Positions 1 through 9,299 of a stretch of DNA of 64,000 nucleotides are shown here, in pieces (within the stretch, counting starts at the first letter, position 1; each line of letters begins with the position of its first letter). The stretch lies in the NCBI GenBank assembly GCA_047601445.1, contig JASGJH010000001.1, positions 8,512,001 through 8,576,000 of the forward strand, in the 5' to 3' direction. This DNA is from Myxococcales bacterium (GTDB lineage: Bacteria; Myxococcota_A; Polyangia; Polyangiales; DASUME01). The notes under the pieces are model-generated. The model worked only from the letters and a program-made list of their open reading frames with translations, made no database searches and was not told the origin of the DNA. Both the position numbers and the translations under genes were made by a program.

Positions 1-189
1 TGCGAAGACTCCGAGGCCTGCGTCTCCGGCAACTACTGCTCCGACGAAGGCCGCTGCATAACGCAGAAGGCCAAGGGCGAGGCCTGCCAGGACTACGCCG
101 AGTGTGGCGCCAAGATGTATTGCAGCGACGGTACCTGTAGCGATCTCTCCTTCGCGTTCCCAGACCTATGCGAAGGCGACTACGACTGA
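1..189 (+). CDS. 3' end of a cysteine-rich (myxobacterial-type) protein, truncated by the window edge
   Basis: Frame 1 is open from base 1 (CEDSEACVSGNYCSDEGRC...CQDYAECGAKMYCSDGTC...CEGDYD) to TGA at 187-189; regularly spaced Cys; high GC3. Confidence 0.7.
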   Translation, partial: CEDSEACVSGNYCSDEGRCITQKAKGEACQDYAECGAKMYCSDGTCSDLSFAFPDLCEGDYD

Positions 190-800
190 GGTGGGCGCAC
201 GTTGTCGCGGCGTGAGCACGGCCCGGGGGCACTATTGGATCCTGGAGCTACGGTGGAACCATGCGCCTCATCTTGAAAGAGGTGACCGAACACGATGGCA
301 TAGTCGGCACGCGGCCGGGAATCAATCCCATCGAAGGCCGACCAGGCATTCAGATGCCGGGCCTCGGCTCGTCGAGCGAGGGGCACGCTCGCCTTGGTCA
401 GCCAAGTTCTCCCGTTCACCGGTATTTGCGCTACTTGATTCGGGCTTGGTGTCCGCTCCCTCGAAGTTGCGTGAGCACGGCGGGATTCCCGAGCGTTCGT
501 TCCTGGAGCCTTTGCGTCGACCACGGATTTGCTTCACGCGCCCAGTCGGGCTTGGCGCTGGGTAAGAGGCGGCTGCCGAGCACCAGTGAGACGAACTTGC
601 TCTGGAGTGTCGAGCACTATGGCGATGCGCTCGCGGGAGACTTAGGCCGGACTCGGCGAGAGTGCGGATGACCGTGCCGAGGTTCGTGGCCGAAGGGACG
701 TTAGTGAAGATAGGGCAAGCGACCTCCTAAGGAGATCCCGATAGGTGGAGTCCTGGGAGCGATGACCGGTGTGGCCGGACGGCGTGGTATCGTTCCTGCC

Positions 801-1796
801 ATGCAGAAACCAACAACCTGTCCCCTCTGCGACGCGATAGAGACGATGGAGCCGCGCCTTCAGCGCTCTCAGTTCGAGTGTGACCAGAACCGAGAGGACC
901 GCTCGTTCCTCTTTCGGTGCGATCGGTGCGGCGACTTCGAGTTCGAGCACAACTTTCTAGCCGATGAAACGCGGGATCTGCGCCGGAGGTTGAAGGCTGA
1001 AATCGCAATCAGGTTTTCGGGCCTCGCAAGGGCCGCGACTGACGCACGCAAGCAGCTAGTGATCACCGCTGAGAACAGTGACGATCTTCTTCGTAGCTCA
1101 GCCCAGCCGAGGTCGGCGTTGCAATACCTTGATAGGCTGTTGGAGCTGCTCGCAGAGCAGTGCCCGTATCCCGGGGCGAGCACTCAACCTGGGAGCGTGC
1201 GGGCCTATGCAGCCCGCGTATATCTGCCGTCGGCTGCATTCTTACAGGCGGTCGAGCTCCTCATCACGGACAAGGCTATTGTCTGCAAGGACGGCGACCA
1301 TGAGCGCATGTCCTTCAGTCTCTTGCCCGAGGGATGGCGCCGGGCCGAGTTGCTTCGAAGAGGTGTCTCAAGGGGAGATAGGGCTTTCGTCGCGATGTGG
1401 TTCTCGGACTCGATGACGGAGACCTATGAATCTGGAATTCGTCCGGTCCTTGAAGCTGCCGGCTATTCACCTCCGTTCCGGGTCGATGACCGAGAGCACG
1501 ATGCTGCTCACGGGCAGCCGGACCACAGGCCCAGGATCGACGATCGAATCATCGCTGAGATACGGCGCGCTCGCTTCGTAGTCGCAGACGCAACTGGGGC
1601 GCGGATGAACGTCTACTACGAAGCTGGCTACGCGGAGGCACTCGGCCTGCCCGTCATCTGGTGTTGTCGAGAGGACGAGGTTGAGAAGATGCCGTTCGAT
1701 ACCCGGCAACTTTCTCACATCCTTTACAAGGACTCGGAGGAGTTGCGGAAGCGGCTGACCGACCGGGTTGAGCGGCTAGGGCTCGTTCGTAGGTAA
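801..1796 (+). CDS. Zn-ribbon + nucleoside 2-deoxyribosyltransferase-like (TIR/NDT-fold) domain protein
   Basis: N-terminal CPLC...CDRC; C-terminal RAFVAMWF...RIDDRIIAEIRRARFVVADATGARMNVYYEAGYAEALGLPVIW, typical of NDT-like domains; ATG at 801 preferred over 762. Confidence 0.8.
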   Translation: MQKPTTCPLCDAIETMEPRLQRSQFECDQNREDRSFLFRCDRCGDFEFEHNFLADETRDLRRRLKAEIAIRFSGLARAATDARKQLVITAENSDDLLRSSAQPRSALQYLDRLLELLAEQCPYPGASTQPGSVRAYAARVYLPSAAFLQAVELLITDKAIVCKDGDHERMSFSLLPEGWRRAELLRRGVSRGDRAFVAMWFSDSMTETYESGIRPVLEAAGYSPPFRVDDREHDAAHGQPDHRPRIDDRIIAEIRRARFVVADATGARMNVYYEAGYAEALGLPVIWCCREDEVEKMPFDTRQLSHILYKDSEELRKRLTDRVERLGLVRR

Positions 1797-1924
1797 TTCA
1801 TTCGGTGTCAGACCACTCGATCGGGTAGCGGGGTGACGAACAGGAGTGCAGGCCTAGTTGGGTCTAGTTGGTAATGGGGACGGGCCTGTAGGATTGCTCC
1901 ATCCGCAGTCAGGAAGGTGCTTCG

Positions 1925-2215
1925 ATGACTTGGATAGTTTCATTCGAACTTGATTCTTCAGTGTCCCCCCTACAGCGCACGGCGCTCTACGTGCTGCTCC
2001 GGAAAGACAATGGCCTCTGTACGATCGTGAAAAGCGGAGAAAAAGAGCATCCAGTTGCCGATACGACGCTCATCGGAGCTGCCGCTGGCCTTGCAAGCAC
2101 GGCTGCCGACGTGAGTGGGAACCTCAAGAGCAAGATGGAGAGCAGCATCGGTACCATCAAGGCCACACGCATCGTCGGTGCGCTCCTCGATGGGGACGCA
2201 CTCTTCGCAATCTAG
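1925..2215 (+). CDS. hypothetical protein (96 aa)
   Basis: ATG preceded by purine-rich AGGAAGG; globular-looking sequence, no family recognised. Confidence 0.5.
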   Translation: MTWIVSFELDSSVSPLQRTALYVLLRKDNGLCTIVKSGEKEHPVADTTLIGAAAGLASTAADVSGNLKSKMESSIGTIKATRIVGALLDGDALFAI

Positions 2216-2275
2216 CGAAGAGCGCCTGAGCACACTGGCGCAAGAATATGTCACAGCCGAAGTATACCATCTTCA

Positions 2276-2617
2276 TCAGCAGCACCTTTCCAGGATGGCC
2301 TTGGCTTCCTCGTAGCTGTCGGCTGCCGGAATGCGGCGAAGGGCCTGGCCTACGGCCCAATCGGGGTTGTTCTTCTTGAGCGGCTTCAGCTCAGTGGAGG
2401 CAATGTCCCAGGCTCGTGCAGTCTGGACGACTGGTGAGGGGGCAGCCTCCACGATAGTGAACCAGCCCCGTTGGAAGAGCGCATCGCCACCCTTGCTCGG
2501 GATACAGAACAGCTCCTCATTGGCTCCGCGCCCGTACTGTTGGATGAGCTGTGCGCGCCACTGTTCCTCGATGGACAACATCCCCCACGCGGTTCTCATG
2601 GTCGAAGGTGGCCCCAA
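2276..2617 (-). CDS. hypothetical protein or gene remnant
   Basis: ORF with protein-like composition; start uncertain. Confidence 0.3.
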   Translation of the reverse strand: MGPPSTMRTAWGMLSIEEQWRAQLIQQYGRGANEELFCIPSKGGDALFQRGWFTIVEAAPSPVVQTARAWDIASTELKPLKKNNPDWAVGQALRRIPAADSYEEAKAILERCC

Positions 2618-2841
2618 GGAGCTCGCTATCTGGCGGATCTATCTCATCGACGACGGGCAGTCCTTCCGTGTGGGACCCGGGTCCACGGCGTCGCTCGAAA
2701 TGTTCTCTTGGTACGAGCTGACCCTAAGCCGTTAGACACCAGGGACCACCCGAGCTCGACCGATCACGCGCACGGGGCTCACGTCCGATATGACAAGCTC
2801 CGGTAAAGCGCAGAGGTACCAAGGACACTCGGGAGGCAAGA

Positions 2842-3495
2842 ATGGAAGACGAGGAGACAAACAGTTTGAAGCGTGCCGGAAAGTCTGCGCTCGCTGCAGT
2901 CGCTACCGGCGTCGGACTAGTTGTGCCTGGTGGTGCCTTGGTAGGTCGACTGATTCAGCACGTCCAGGAGGTGCGTGAGGAGCGCCAGGCCGCAAAGAGC
3001 CGCGGCTTCTGTTTGCGCCTAATGCATGGCCTGAGCTCCGAGGAGGAGCAACAGACCTTCATGGGAGGGCTCGGGGCTCTACCCGAGTTTCCCGAACTCG
3101 TAGATGCGATGGGGGCTGACGTCGAGCTCGAGAAGGCCGACGTGTACGCCATGGCTGTGCTCCTTATCGTGCACGGGGACATACCTGTCGACTCGCGTCG
3201 CGATCTTGTGCACACCGTCCAGCAACTTCGGATGGAGGACTTCGCGTTTCTCGCGGCTGTCTGTTCGCAATCGCGCGAAGTAATAGAGCGCCCCACCAAC
3301 GACACCATAACCGGCTACGACGCCCGCCATAAGGGAATCATTGAACGGTTGCATCTCAATGGATGCCTGAGAGAGGGAGGTTTGGGCGTGTCGTTCCCGA
3401 CGCTCTTCGGAAGGCAGATCAACGGGTGGTTCCATTCATTGCTCCCAGCTGATGCGATCAAGAACGCAAGACACCCATCCAGGCCCCTGTGGTAA
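2842..3495 (+). CDS. hypothetical protein, possibly Abi-alpha/DUF4393-like
   Basis: GGAGG RBS; helical N-terminus (VPGGALVGRLI) and winged-helix-like end (IIERLHLNGCL...PTLFGRQI) reminiscent of that family; family call tentative. Confidence 0.6.
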   Translation: MEDEETNSLKRAGKSALAAVATGVGLVVPGGALVGRLIQHVQEVREERQAAKSRGFCLRLMHGLSSEEEQQTFMGGLGALPEFPELVDAMGADVELEKADVYAMAVLLIVHGDIPVDSRRDLVHTVQQLRMEDFAFLAAVCSQSREVIERPTNDTITGYDARHKGIIERLHLNGCLREGGLGVSFPTLFGRQINGWFHSLLPADAIKNARHPSRPLW

Positions 3496-3715
3496 AGCAC
3501 CGCGGCACCAAGCGCTCCCACCGGGACCAGGCCGCTATCGAGGCTGCCCACGAGCATGCCCGCGTCGCGCGTGGCCCAGGGCATGCCGGCCGAGGAGCCC
3601 GAGCCGACGGCCACGGTGAGCCGCAAGTACAGTGCCGCCCGAGGTGGCAGCGCTCGAGCCGCAGGTCTGTGCGTGGGACCCGAAGCCGGGGGGCGCAGCC
3701 GAAGCGGCGGGGCGG

Positions 3716-4603
3716 TCAGTAGCCGGGAAACCGGGGGCTTCCAAGATTGAGAATGGCGTCGTCTCCAAGACCATTGAAGGTGCACCCGCTCAAGTAAGTT
3801 CGCCCAGCGTGGAAGATCTCGAGAGGGTTGCAGGAGCCGTAGAACGTCGTGTCGGACCTTCTCCTTGCGACGGGAGTTCCCAGCGGATCGCCGATTTGGA
3901 AATCCCACCCGTGGCCATGAATTCGAAACCCGTAATTGGTACCATCGATTTCGTAGCCATTGCCGAGGCCCATTTTCAGTCTCTCAACCTCGACCATGTT
4001 GTGTTCGGGTCGAAACGTCATAGTCGCGACAACATCTCTAGGTCCGTTGTTGATTTGCAGCTTCTGACCTTCGAGCGTGATGTCCCAGCTTCCCCGCGAG
4101 AACACGACCGCGTTGCCTTCCATGCGGAGGGTCTCACGACCTTCGAGGTCAGAAAGCGTTCCCCACAATTCCCATGGCGCGCCGGGGTCTTCAGGCATCT
4201 GAATCCCGACGAGTACTTTGCGATTTACGCAGACGGCGAGCCTAGCTCCTGGAGCTCGGGCTCTCACAAGCAGGCCACCCATTCGGATGACAGACGTTTG
4301 AGACACGTCGAATGTCGGCCAAACAGGCGGGTTGGCTTTGCAAAATGGATTCGATCTCCACCCTGCAACGGCTCTAGCCGAAATTCGTCCGGAGGTTTTT
4401 TCTTGATGATCGGTGGGGCACAGCAGGGCTATGCCCTCTGCGCGGTGCTCCTCTGCGTCCTCAAAGGGCGGGTCGAAGTGCTCGTAGTGAACGGGAAGCC
4501 TCCCGCACCGAACACAGCCGAAGCCGCACTGACGGCGTACCTCCCGCATCACAGTCTCTCTAAGATCGGACCGCCTAAGTCCGAAACGATTCGGGTCTGC
4601 CAT
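3716..4603 (-). CDS. HNH endonuclease with beta-rich C-terminal domain
   Basis: REVRRQCGFGCVRCG...YEHFDPPF...GIALLCPTDH Zn-binding HNH signature. Confidence 0.8.
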   Translation of the reverse strand: MADPNRFGLRRSDLRETVMREVRRQCGFGCVRCGRLPVHYEHFDPPFEDAEEHRAEGIALLCPTDHQEKTSGRISARAVAGWRSNPFCKANPPVWPTFDVSQTSVIRMGGLLVRARAPGARLAVCVNRKVLVGIQMPEDPGAPWELWGTLSDLEGRETLRMEGNAVVFSRGSWDITLEGQKLQINNGPRDVVATMTFRPEHNMVEVERLKMGLGNGYEIDGTNYGFRIHGHGWDFQIGDPLGTPVARRRSDTTFYGSCNPLEIFHAGRTYLSGCTFNGLGDDAILNLGSPRFPGY

Positions 4604-4611
4604 TTGGTCGA

Positions 4612-5030
4612 CTATCCTTTAGCCAAATCTACTTTTCCGATTCCAAGGGGCGCAAGCACGGCGGCCACGCGCTGGTCGAGCTCGGCGAGCACGTCAGGGT
4701 ACTTCTCGGCCACGATGGCGCGCGACTGCGCTACCTGAGTCGAGAGCTGCTCACGGGGACTTGGGCAGGCTGCTGACCGCGGCCTCGTCGCTTTGCAGCG
4801 CCGCGCACCCCTGGCCCTCGCAGCTCAAGATGGCCGCCACCTAGGCGTTGGAGCACGCCGCCGGCTTGATCTTGTGCTTCGTGAGCGTCTGCTGCAGCTC
4901 GGCGAGCTCGCGCTCGAGCTGCACGATGCCCTGACCGTCCTCGTGAAGCTGGGCCCTGTCCACCACGCCCGACTCCTTGCCGACCTCGCGCTCGGTGGCG
5001 AGCGAGGCCTCGAGCTGGGCAAGCAGTGAC
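4612..5030 (-). pseudogene. degraded gene fragment(s)
   Basis: Coding-like segments (LERELAELQQTLTKHKIKP; AIVAEKYPDVLAELDQRVAAVL) broken by stops and a frame change. Confidence 0.35.
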
Positions 5031-5170
5031 TTGGTAGAGCAGATTCGAACCTGCTGGCCGAGTTCCGCCGCAAGTAATTGCGAGTGGTGGGAACTGCCGG
5101 CGAAGAGGACACGCGGGCACTGGCCGAGGCTTGAAGCTCCCCCAGTTCCGTTGACACGCAGGAGAAACTG

Positions 5171-5509
5171 ATGCGTGTTCGGAAGCACAACAAGTACACC
5201 GATGAGTTCAAGGCAGAGACGATCGCGCTGATGAAGCGGGACGACCGCAGTTTTGCCCAGTTGTCCGTGGATTTAGGCATCAGCAGCTGGACCTTGCGGG
5301 AGTGGTACAACAGAGACGAGATGGCCAAGAAGAGCAAGCGGAAGCCGGGGGTACCGGTCGCTCCGGTACCTGCTGCTGAAACGGCAGAGGAGAAGGCGGC
5401 CCGGCTGGAGCGGGAGAACGAGCGGTTACGCAAGAAGGTGGAGTCGCTCGAAATGGACCGCGAAATCCTAAAAAAAGCGGCAGCCTTCTTCGCGAAGGAA
5501 AGCGAATGA
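5171..5509 (+). CDS. IS3 transposase OrfA (HTH)
   Basis: KYTDEFKAETI...LGISSWTLREW...EILKKAAAFFAKE; A7G slippery site at 5470-5477 for a -1 frameshift. Confidence 0.95.
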   Translation: MRVRKHNKYTDEFKAETIALMKRDDRSFAQLSVDLGISSWTLREWYNRDEMAKKSKRKPGVPVAPVPAAETAEEKAARLERENERLRKKVESLEMDREILKKAAAFFAKESE

Positions 5510-6381
5510 GGTTCGCCTTCATCCACGCGGAGAAGGCGAACTTCCCGGTGTCAGCGCTGTGCCGGAACCTGCAGGTGACCCGGCAGGGGTACTACGCGTT
5601 CGCGAGTCGCCCGCCGAGTCCCCGTGCGGACCAGGACCGGGCCCTCTTGGAACGGGTCGGCCAGGTGCACGCGGAGAGCCGCAACGCCTACGGAAGTCCG
5701 CGAGTTCGAAAGGAACTCCGACGTCGTGGCATTCGGGTCGGCAAACGCCGGGTGGAGCGCGCCATGCGGAGCTTGGGGCTCTGCGCCCGGCCTCGTCGCC
5801 GGTTCCGTGTGACCACCGCTGCAAATCCGCGGCATCCAGTCGAGCCTAACGTGCTCAACCGCGAGTTCCGCGCCGAACGTCCCAATCAGCGCTGGGTGAC
5901 GGACATCTCGTACGTCTGGACCGACGAGGGCTGGTGCTACCTCGCTGTCATCATCGACCTGTTTTCCAGGACCGTCGTGGGCTGGGCTCTGGACGCCATG
6001 CTCTCGACCCAGCTGCCCCTCGCAGCGCTGGACATGGCGCTTCGGCGCCGTCGTCCCGACGCAGCAGGCCTGCTCCACCACTCTGACCGGGGCTGCCAGT
6101 ACACGAGTCAGGAATACCGCTCATCGCTCGCCCAGCACGGGCTCTCGGTCAGCATGAGCCGCAAGGGCAACTGCTGGGATAACGCGGTCGCGGAGAGCTT
6201 CTTTTCGACCATCAAGGCCGAGCTAATTCACGGCCGACGTTGGGCCGGACGCCTTGAGCTCCGGTCCGCAGTCTTCGAGTACATCGAGGTCTTCTACAAT
6301 CGGCGGAGGCTACATTCGTCACTGGGGTATCGGACCCCAGCCGAGTTCGAGAACGATTACACTGCGGCTCAGGCCGCCTAA
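5506..6381 (+). CDS. IS3 transposase OrfB (DDE/rve)
   Basis: WVTDISY, HHSDRGCQY, GNCWDNAVAESFF, YNRRRLHSSLGY; ATGA overlap with orfA. Confidence 0.95.
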   Translation: MRFAFIHAEKANFPVSALCRNLQVTRQGYYAFASRPPSPRADQDRALLERVGQVHAESRNAYGSPRVRKELRRRGIRVGKRRVERAMRSLGLCARPRRRFRVTTAANPRHPVEPNVLNREFRAERPNQRWVTDISYVWTDEGWCYLAVIIDLFSRTVVGWALDAMLSTQLPLAALDMALRRRRPDAAGLLHHSDRGCQYTSQEYRSSLAQHGLSVSMSRKGNCWDNAVAESFFSTIKAELIHGRRWAGRLELRSAVFEYIEVFYNRRRLHSSLGYRTPAEFENDYTAAQAA

Positions 6382-6604
6382 GCAAGTGTCAACGGATTCG
6401 AGGGAAGCCCAGGCTCTCCTCCGCGGGGACTCGCTCGAGGTCGACGCCCACCTGCCCGAGAACACCATCGCGCTCGTTCCAGGGCGCGTGGTCTTCCAAA
6501 GCAAGGCGCACCTTGAGGCCATGGTCGAAGCGCTCACGGGCAAGCCCGTTGGGAACTCAGGTGCTGTCGTGCTGCCGTTTAGGCGAAAACCTGAATGAAA
6601 TCTG

Positions 6605-6648
6605 GTCGGGGTTGCCGGATTCGAACCAGCGACATCTAGCTCCCAAAG
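6605..6648 (-). repeat. att site: 44-bp copy of the 3' part of tRNA-Pro
   Basis: 43/44 identical to 21118-21161; on the minus strand it ends ...CCCCGACCA (to 6603). Confidence 0.92.
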
Positions 6649-6780
6649 AACAGCTCGGCTGTCATGGCCTGTCTTGCTCTGTCTTGGTTTTTGCGCCAAA
6701 AACACCGGCGTTTTGAACGTTTTGGCCTCTTTGGGGCCTAGCGTGTCCAGGCTGGCTTTGGCATCCTTGGTCGACGATTT

Positions 6781-6811
6781 GTGGCAGCAAATGTAGCAGC
6801 AAGGTGGCAGC
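6781..6811 (+). repeat. tandem GTRGCAGCA repeats, probable integrase arm-type sites (left)
   Basis: GTGGCAGCAAAT-GTAGCAGCAAG-GTGGCAGC; the same motif recurs at 21031-21051 near the other att site. Confidence 0.65.
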
Positions 6812-6851
6812 GCTTTGTTGCCGCGGGTCGCGGACGGCTGAGGGTAGGTAA

Positions 6852-8282
6852 GTGGCAGCGAGCAAGAAGCGTCGTGGTCGAAAGCATCCGGGCGTGACGA
6901 TCATGAAGCCCAATCCAGCGCGACGGATTGGCTGGCGCCTCCGCTACAAGGACCCTGACTCAGGCAAAATGCGGTACGAAAGTCTCGACTCGGACGTCAC
7001 CACGGAGGATCGACGAGTCGACGCAGCTGTGCAGCGCTCGCGCGAGATTGGAGCGCGCGCTCTTGAAATCGATCGGGGCGCCGACCCACTGCACGGCAGT
7101 GATTTGGTTCAGGCCATTGCGGCGTACCATAAGGCCGCGGAGGTTGAGCTACGGGACAAGACCGTCGCGTTGTACAAGCGCGCGACGGACATGTTCCTGG
7201 AGTGGGCTAGGGCCCACGGCATCAAATCGACGAGGGATCTCAAGGCCGCCCGACTGCCCGGGTTCCGGGACTACTTGCTCGCGCAGCGAAAAAAGGCGTA
7301 CGTGCGAGGCGGCAAGCGTGGACAGCGTAAGGCGGGGAACGAGAAGCTCTCGCCGCAGACGATCAACTGGCAGCTGCGCGCCGTCAAGACCGCGCTCAAC
7401 CATCTTCGCTCACGAGGGATGGTGCCGCTCACGAGCGACGACATCGCCGATCGCCTAAAACCGGTGGAGGTCCCACAGGACGATCCGGAGTTCTTGCGTC
7501 CGCAGGAGTGCGTAGCTCTGCTCGAAGCCGCCCTGCGGCACGATGCTGAGACGTTCGCCGAGACTCGATCGGAGCACCGAGGTATCGGCACAGCGGGAAC
7601 GACGCCAAAATACGATCCGATTGCGCCACTCGTGGCCACCGTGCTCTTGGGGGGCTTTCGCATCGGCGAAGCGCTGGCTGTGCGATGGAGCGCCGTGGAT
7701 CTCGCTGTACTCGACAGCGAGGGTAAGCCCAAAGGCGAGATCCGCTTGAAGGCGAGCGAGACCAAGACGAAACGCGCACGCACCGTCGAACTGGGTGTGT
7801 CGCCATCGCTGCGTATTCTCCTCGCCACGATGAAGCTGAGGGCCGGGGATGCGCAGTTTGTGTTCGGCGGCGATGGGCCGATGCCCCGTTCGTCCGCGGA
7901 GGCTGCGCGGCGGCGCCTCGTCGGTGAAGTGCCCAAGAAGGCACGCAAGATCGAACCAAAGAAAAATCGCAAGCAAACGCCAGCGGTCGATTTTGGCGCA
8001 CCGCGCAACTTCACATGGCAGGCGCTTCGCTCGACTTGTGCCACCTACCAGTGCAATGCGCCCTCCATCTTTGGAGACGCGGCTGCGTTTAGAAGCGCTA
8101 AACGCTTGGGGCACTCAATCACCGTGAGCGAGAAGCTATACGCGAATCAGTTCTCGGTATCGCATGCTGCAAGGACGTTGGAGCAGGCCATGGGGATCGA
8201 GGCCATCATGGCTCGAGTCATCGAATCCGCGAGCGGCTACCGCGTGCCCGCGCCGCCTCTGCGAGCTGTGGCAGCAGAGTGA
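6852..8282 (+). CDS. int: tyrosine recombinase/integrase
   Basis: GFRIGEALAVRW (R), KTKRAR (K), QALRST (x-x-x-R), LGHS...KLYA (H, Y); N-terminal arm-binding-like WRLRYKDPDSGK. Confidence 0.9.
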   Translation: MAASKKRRGRKHPGVTIMKPNPARRIGWRLRYKDPDSGKMRYESLDSDVTTEDRRVDAAVQRSREIGARALEIDRGADPLHGSDLVQAIAAYHKAAEVELRDKTVALYKRATDMFLEWARAHGIKSTRDLKAARLPGFRDYLLAQRKKAYVRGGKRGQRKAGNEKLSPQTINWQLRAVKTALNHLRSRGMVPLTSDDIADRLKPVEVPQDDPEFLRPQECVALLEAALRHDAETFAETRSEHRGIGTAGTTPKYDPIAPLVATVLLGGFRIGEALAVRWSAVDLAVLDSEGKPKGEIRLKASETKTKRARTVELGVSPSLRILLATMKLRAGDAQFVFGGDGPMPRSSAEAARRRLVGEVPKKARKIEPKKNRKQTPAVDFGAPRNFTWQALRSTCATYQCNAPSIFGDAAAFRSAKRLGHSITVSEKLYANQFSVSHAARTLEQAMGIEAIMARVIESASGYRVPAPPLRAVAAE

Positions 8283-9097
8283 GGATTCGCGTGCAGCGGC
8301 GAACAGCTATGGCAAGCAGGGAAAGCGTGTCAGCAAACAAGACGCAACCGAAGCTGGCTGCAGCTCAGAGTCGAGAGCAGAGCCGACCTCCGATGTCCGC
8401 CGAGACGCTCGGGTTGGCAAAGCAAAGACATCGCGAGCTTAAACGCGAATCCGACACGCTTGCGGTCAGACTGGTCGAGATCGTCGAACACTGCGCGGTG
8501 CTTTCTGACGCATGCGGCGCTTTGGCTGCCGAGATCGCCAGGGCCGAACCCGGGTCCGAGGAAAAGCAGGTTTGGGAGCGCATTGCCCAGAGCGACAAGG
8601 CAGCGAGTAAACCTGAGTTCACAAAGGCAGCGCGCGCGCTCGTCGGAGTCATTTCGAAGGCCTTGGTCACGCAGCGCAGCGACGACGTTTTCGTGCTTGC
8701 GGAGCGCTTGGACTCGCGACGGAAGCGGGAGTGGCTCATACGGTGTGCGGCCATTCGGAGATTGCACGCAGTCGGAATGATGAGCATGGGCGAGCAGGGC
8801 CTCGTTGACCTGCTCGCAGACGTCGATGATCACGCGCGGTCTCTTGCCGTCGACGCCATCGCAGAGGCGCTCCAAGACAAGCGTCAGACAAAGCGCAACG
8901 ACCAAAAGGAAGCGAGCCCGGATGCTCGCTTGGCCGCGTCTGTCGGCGTGCTTCGATTCGCCGCGCGCCTCGCGGCCATGTGCGGCGCTCTTGGTTATGG
9001 AATGCGCGCGTATCGGGGCAAGGAGGAGGAGACTGCTTACGAGGCTTTCAAGATGCTGGTCAGGGAGGACCCGGAGCTCGGGTCCCAGCTCTCGTAA
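8279..9097 (+). CDS. hypothetical helical protein in the element core
   Basis: GTGA overlap with the int stop (alternative ATG at 8309); no family recognised. Confidence 0.6.
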   Translation: MRIRVQRRTAMASRESVSANKTQPKLAAAQSREQSRPPMSAETLGLAKQRHRELKRESDTLAVRLVEIVEHCAVLSDACGALAAEIARAEPGSEEKQVWERIAQSDKAASKPEFTKAARALVGVISKALVTQRSDDVFVLAERLDSRRKREWLIRCAAIRRLHAVGMMSMGEQGLVDLLADVDDHARSLAVDAIAEALQDKRQTKRNDQKEASPDARLAASVGVLRFAARLAAMCGALGYGMRAYRGKEEETAYEAFKMLVREDPELGSQLS

Positions 9098-9299
9098 CCA
9101 CTGATTACGATCAGGCGAGCAACTGGGGAGGTGGTGTCCCCAAGACCCCAGGGGGCACGTTCGACGAAGGTGCCTTCCCATGAGAGTCCAAACGAACGAG
9201 CTGCTCGCCGTTGCCGCAACCGGCAAGCACGCTCTCAATCCGAATAAAACCTGCGGACACACCTGCCTCGACAGCGCTTCGAGCGTAACCAGCGAGGCT

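Larger units (their letters stand above)
5132..6411 (+). mobile_element. IS3-family insertion sequence, 1280 bp, complete
   Basis: TG...CA ends; imperfect 26-bp IRs at 5132-5157 and 6386-6411 sharing TCCGTTGACAC; 4-bp target duplication GGCT at 5128-5131 and 6412-6415. Confidence 0.95.

Noticed and set aside
3632..4738. 368-aa + strand ORF
   Set aside because: Antisense shadow of the HNH gene, which has clear motifs
6603..6648. Second tRNA-Pro gene
   Set aside because: Only the anticodon loop to 3' end is present; no D-arm or 5' acceptor strand, so it is an att repeat
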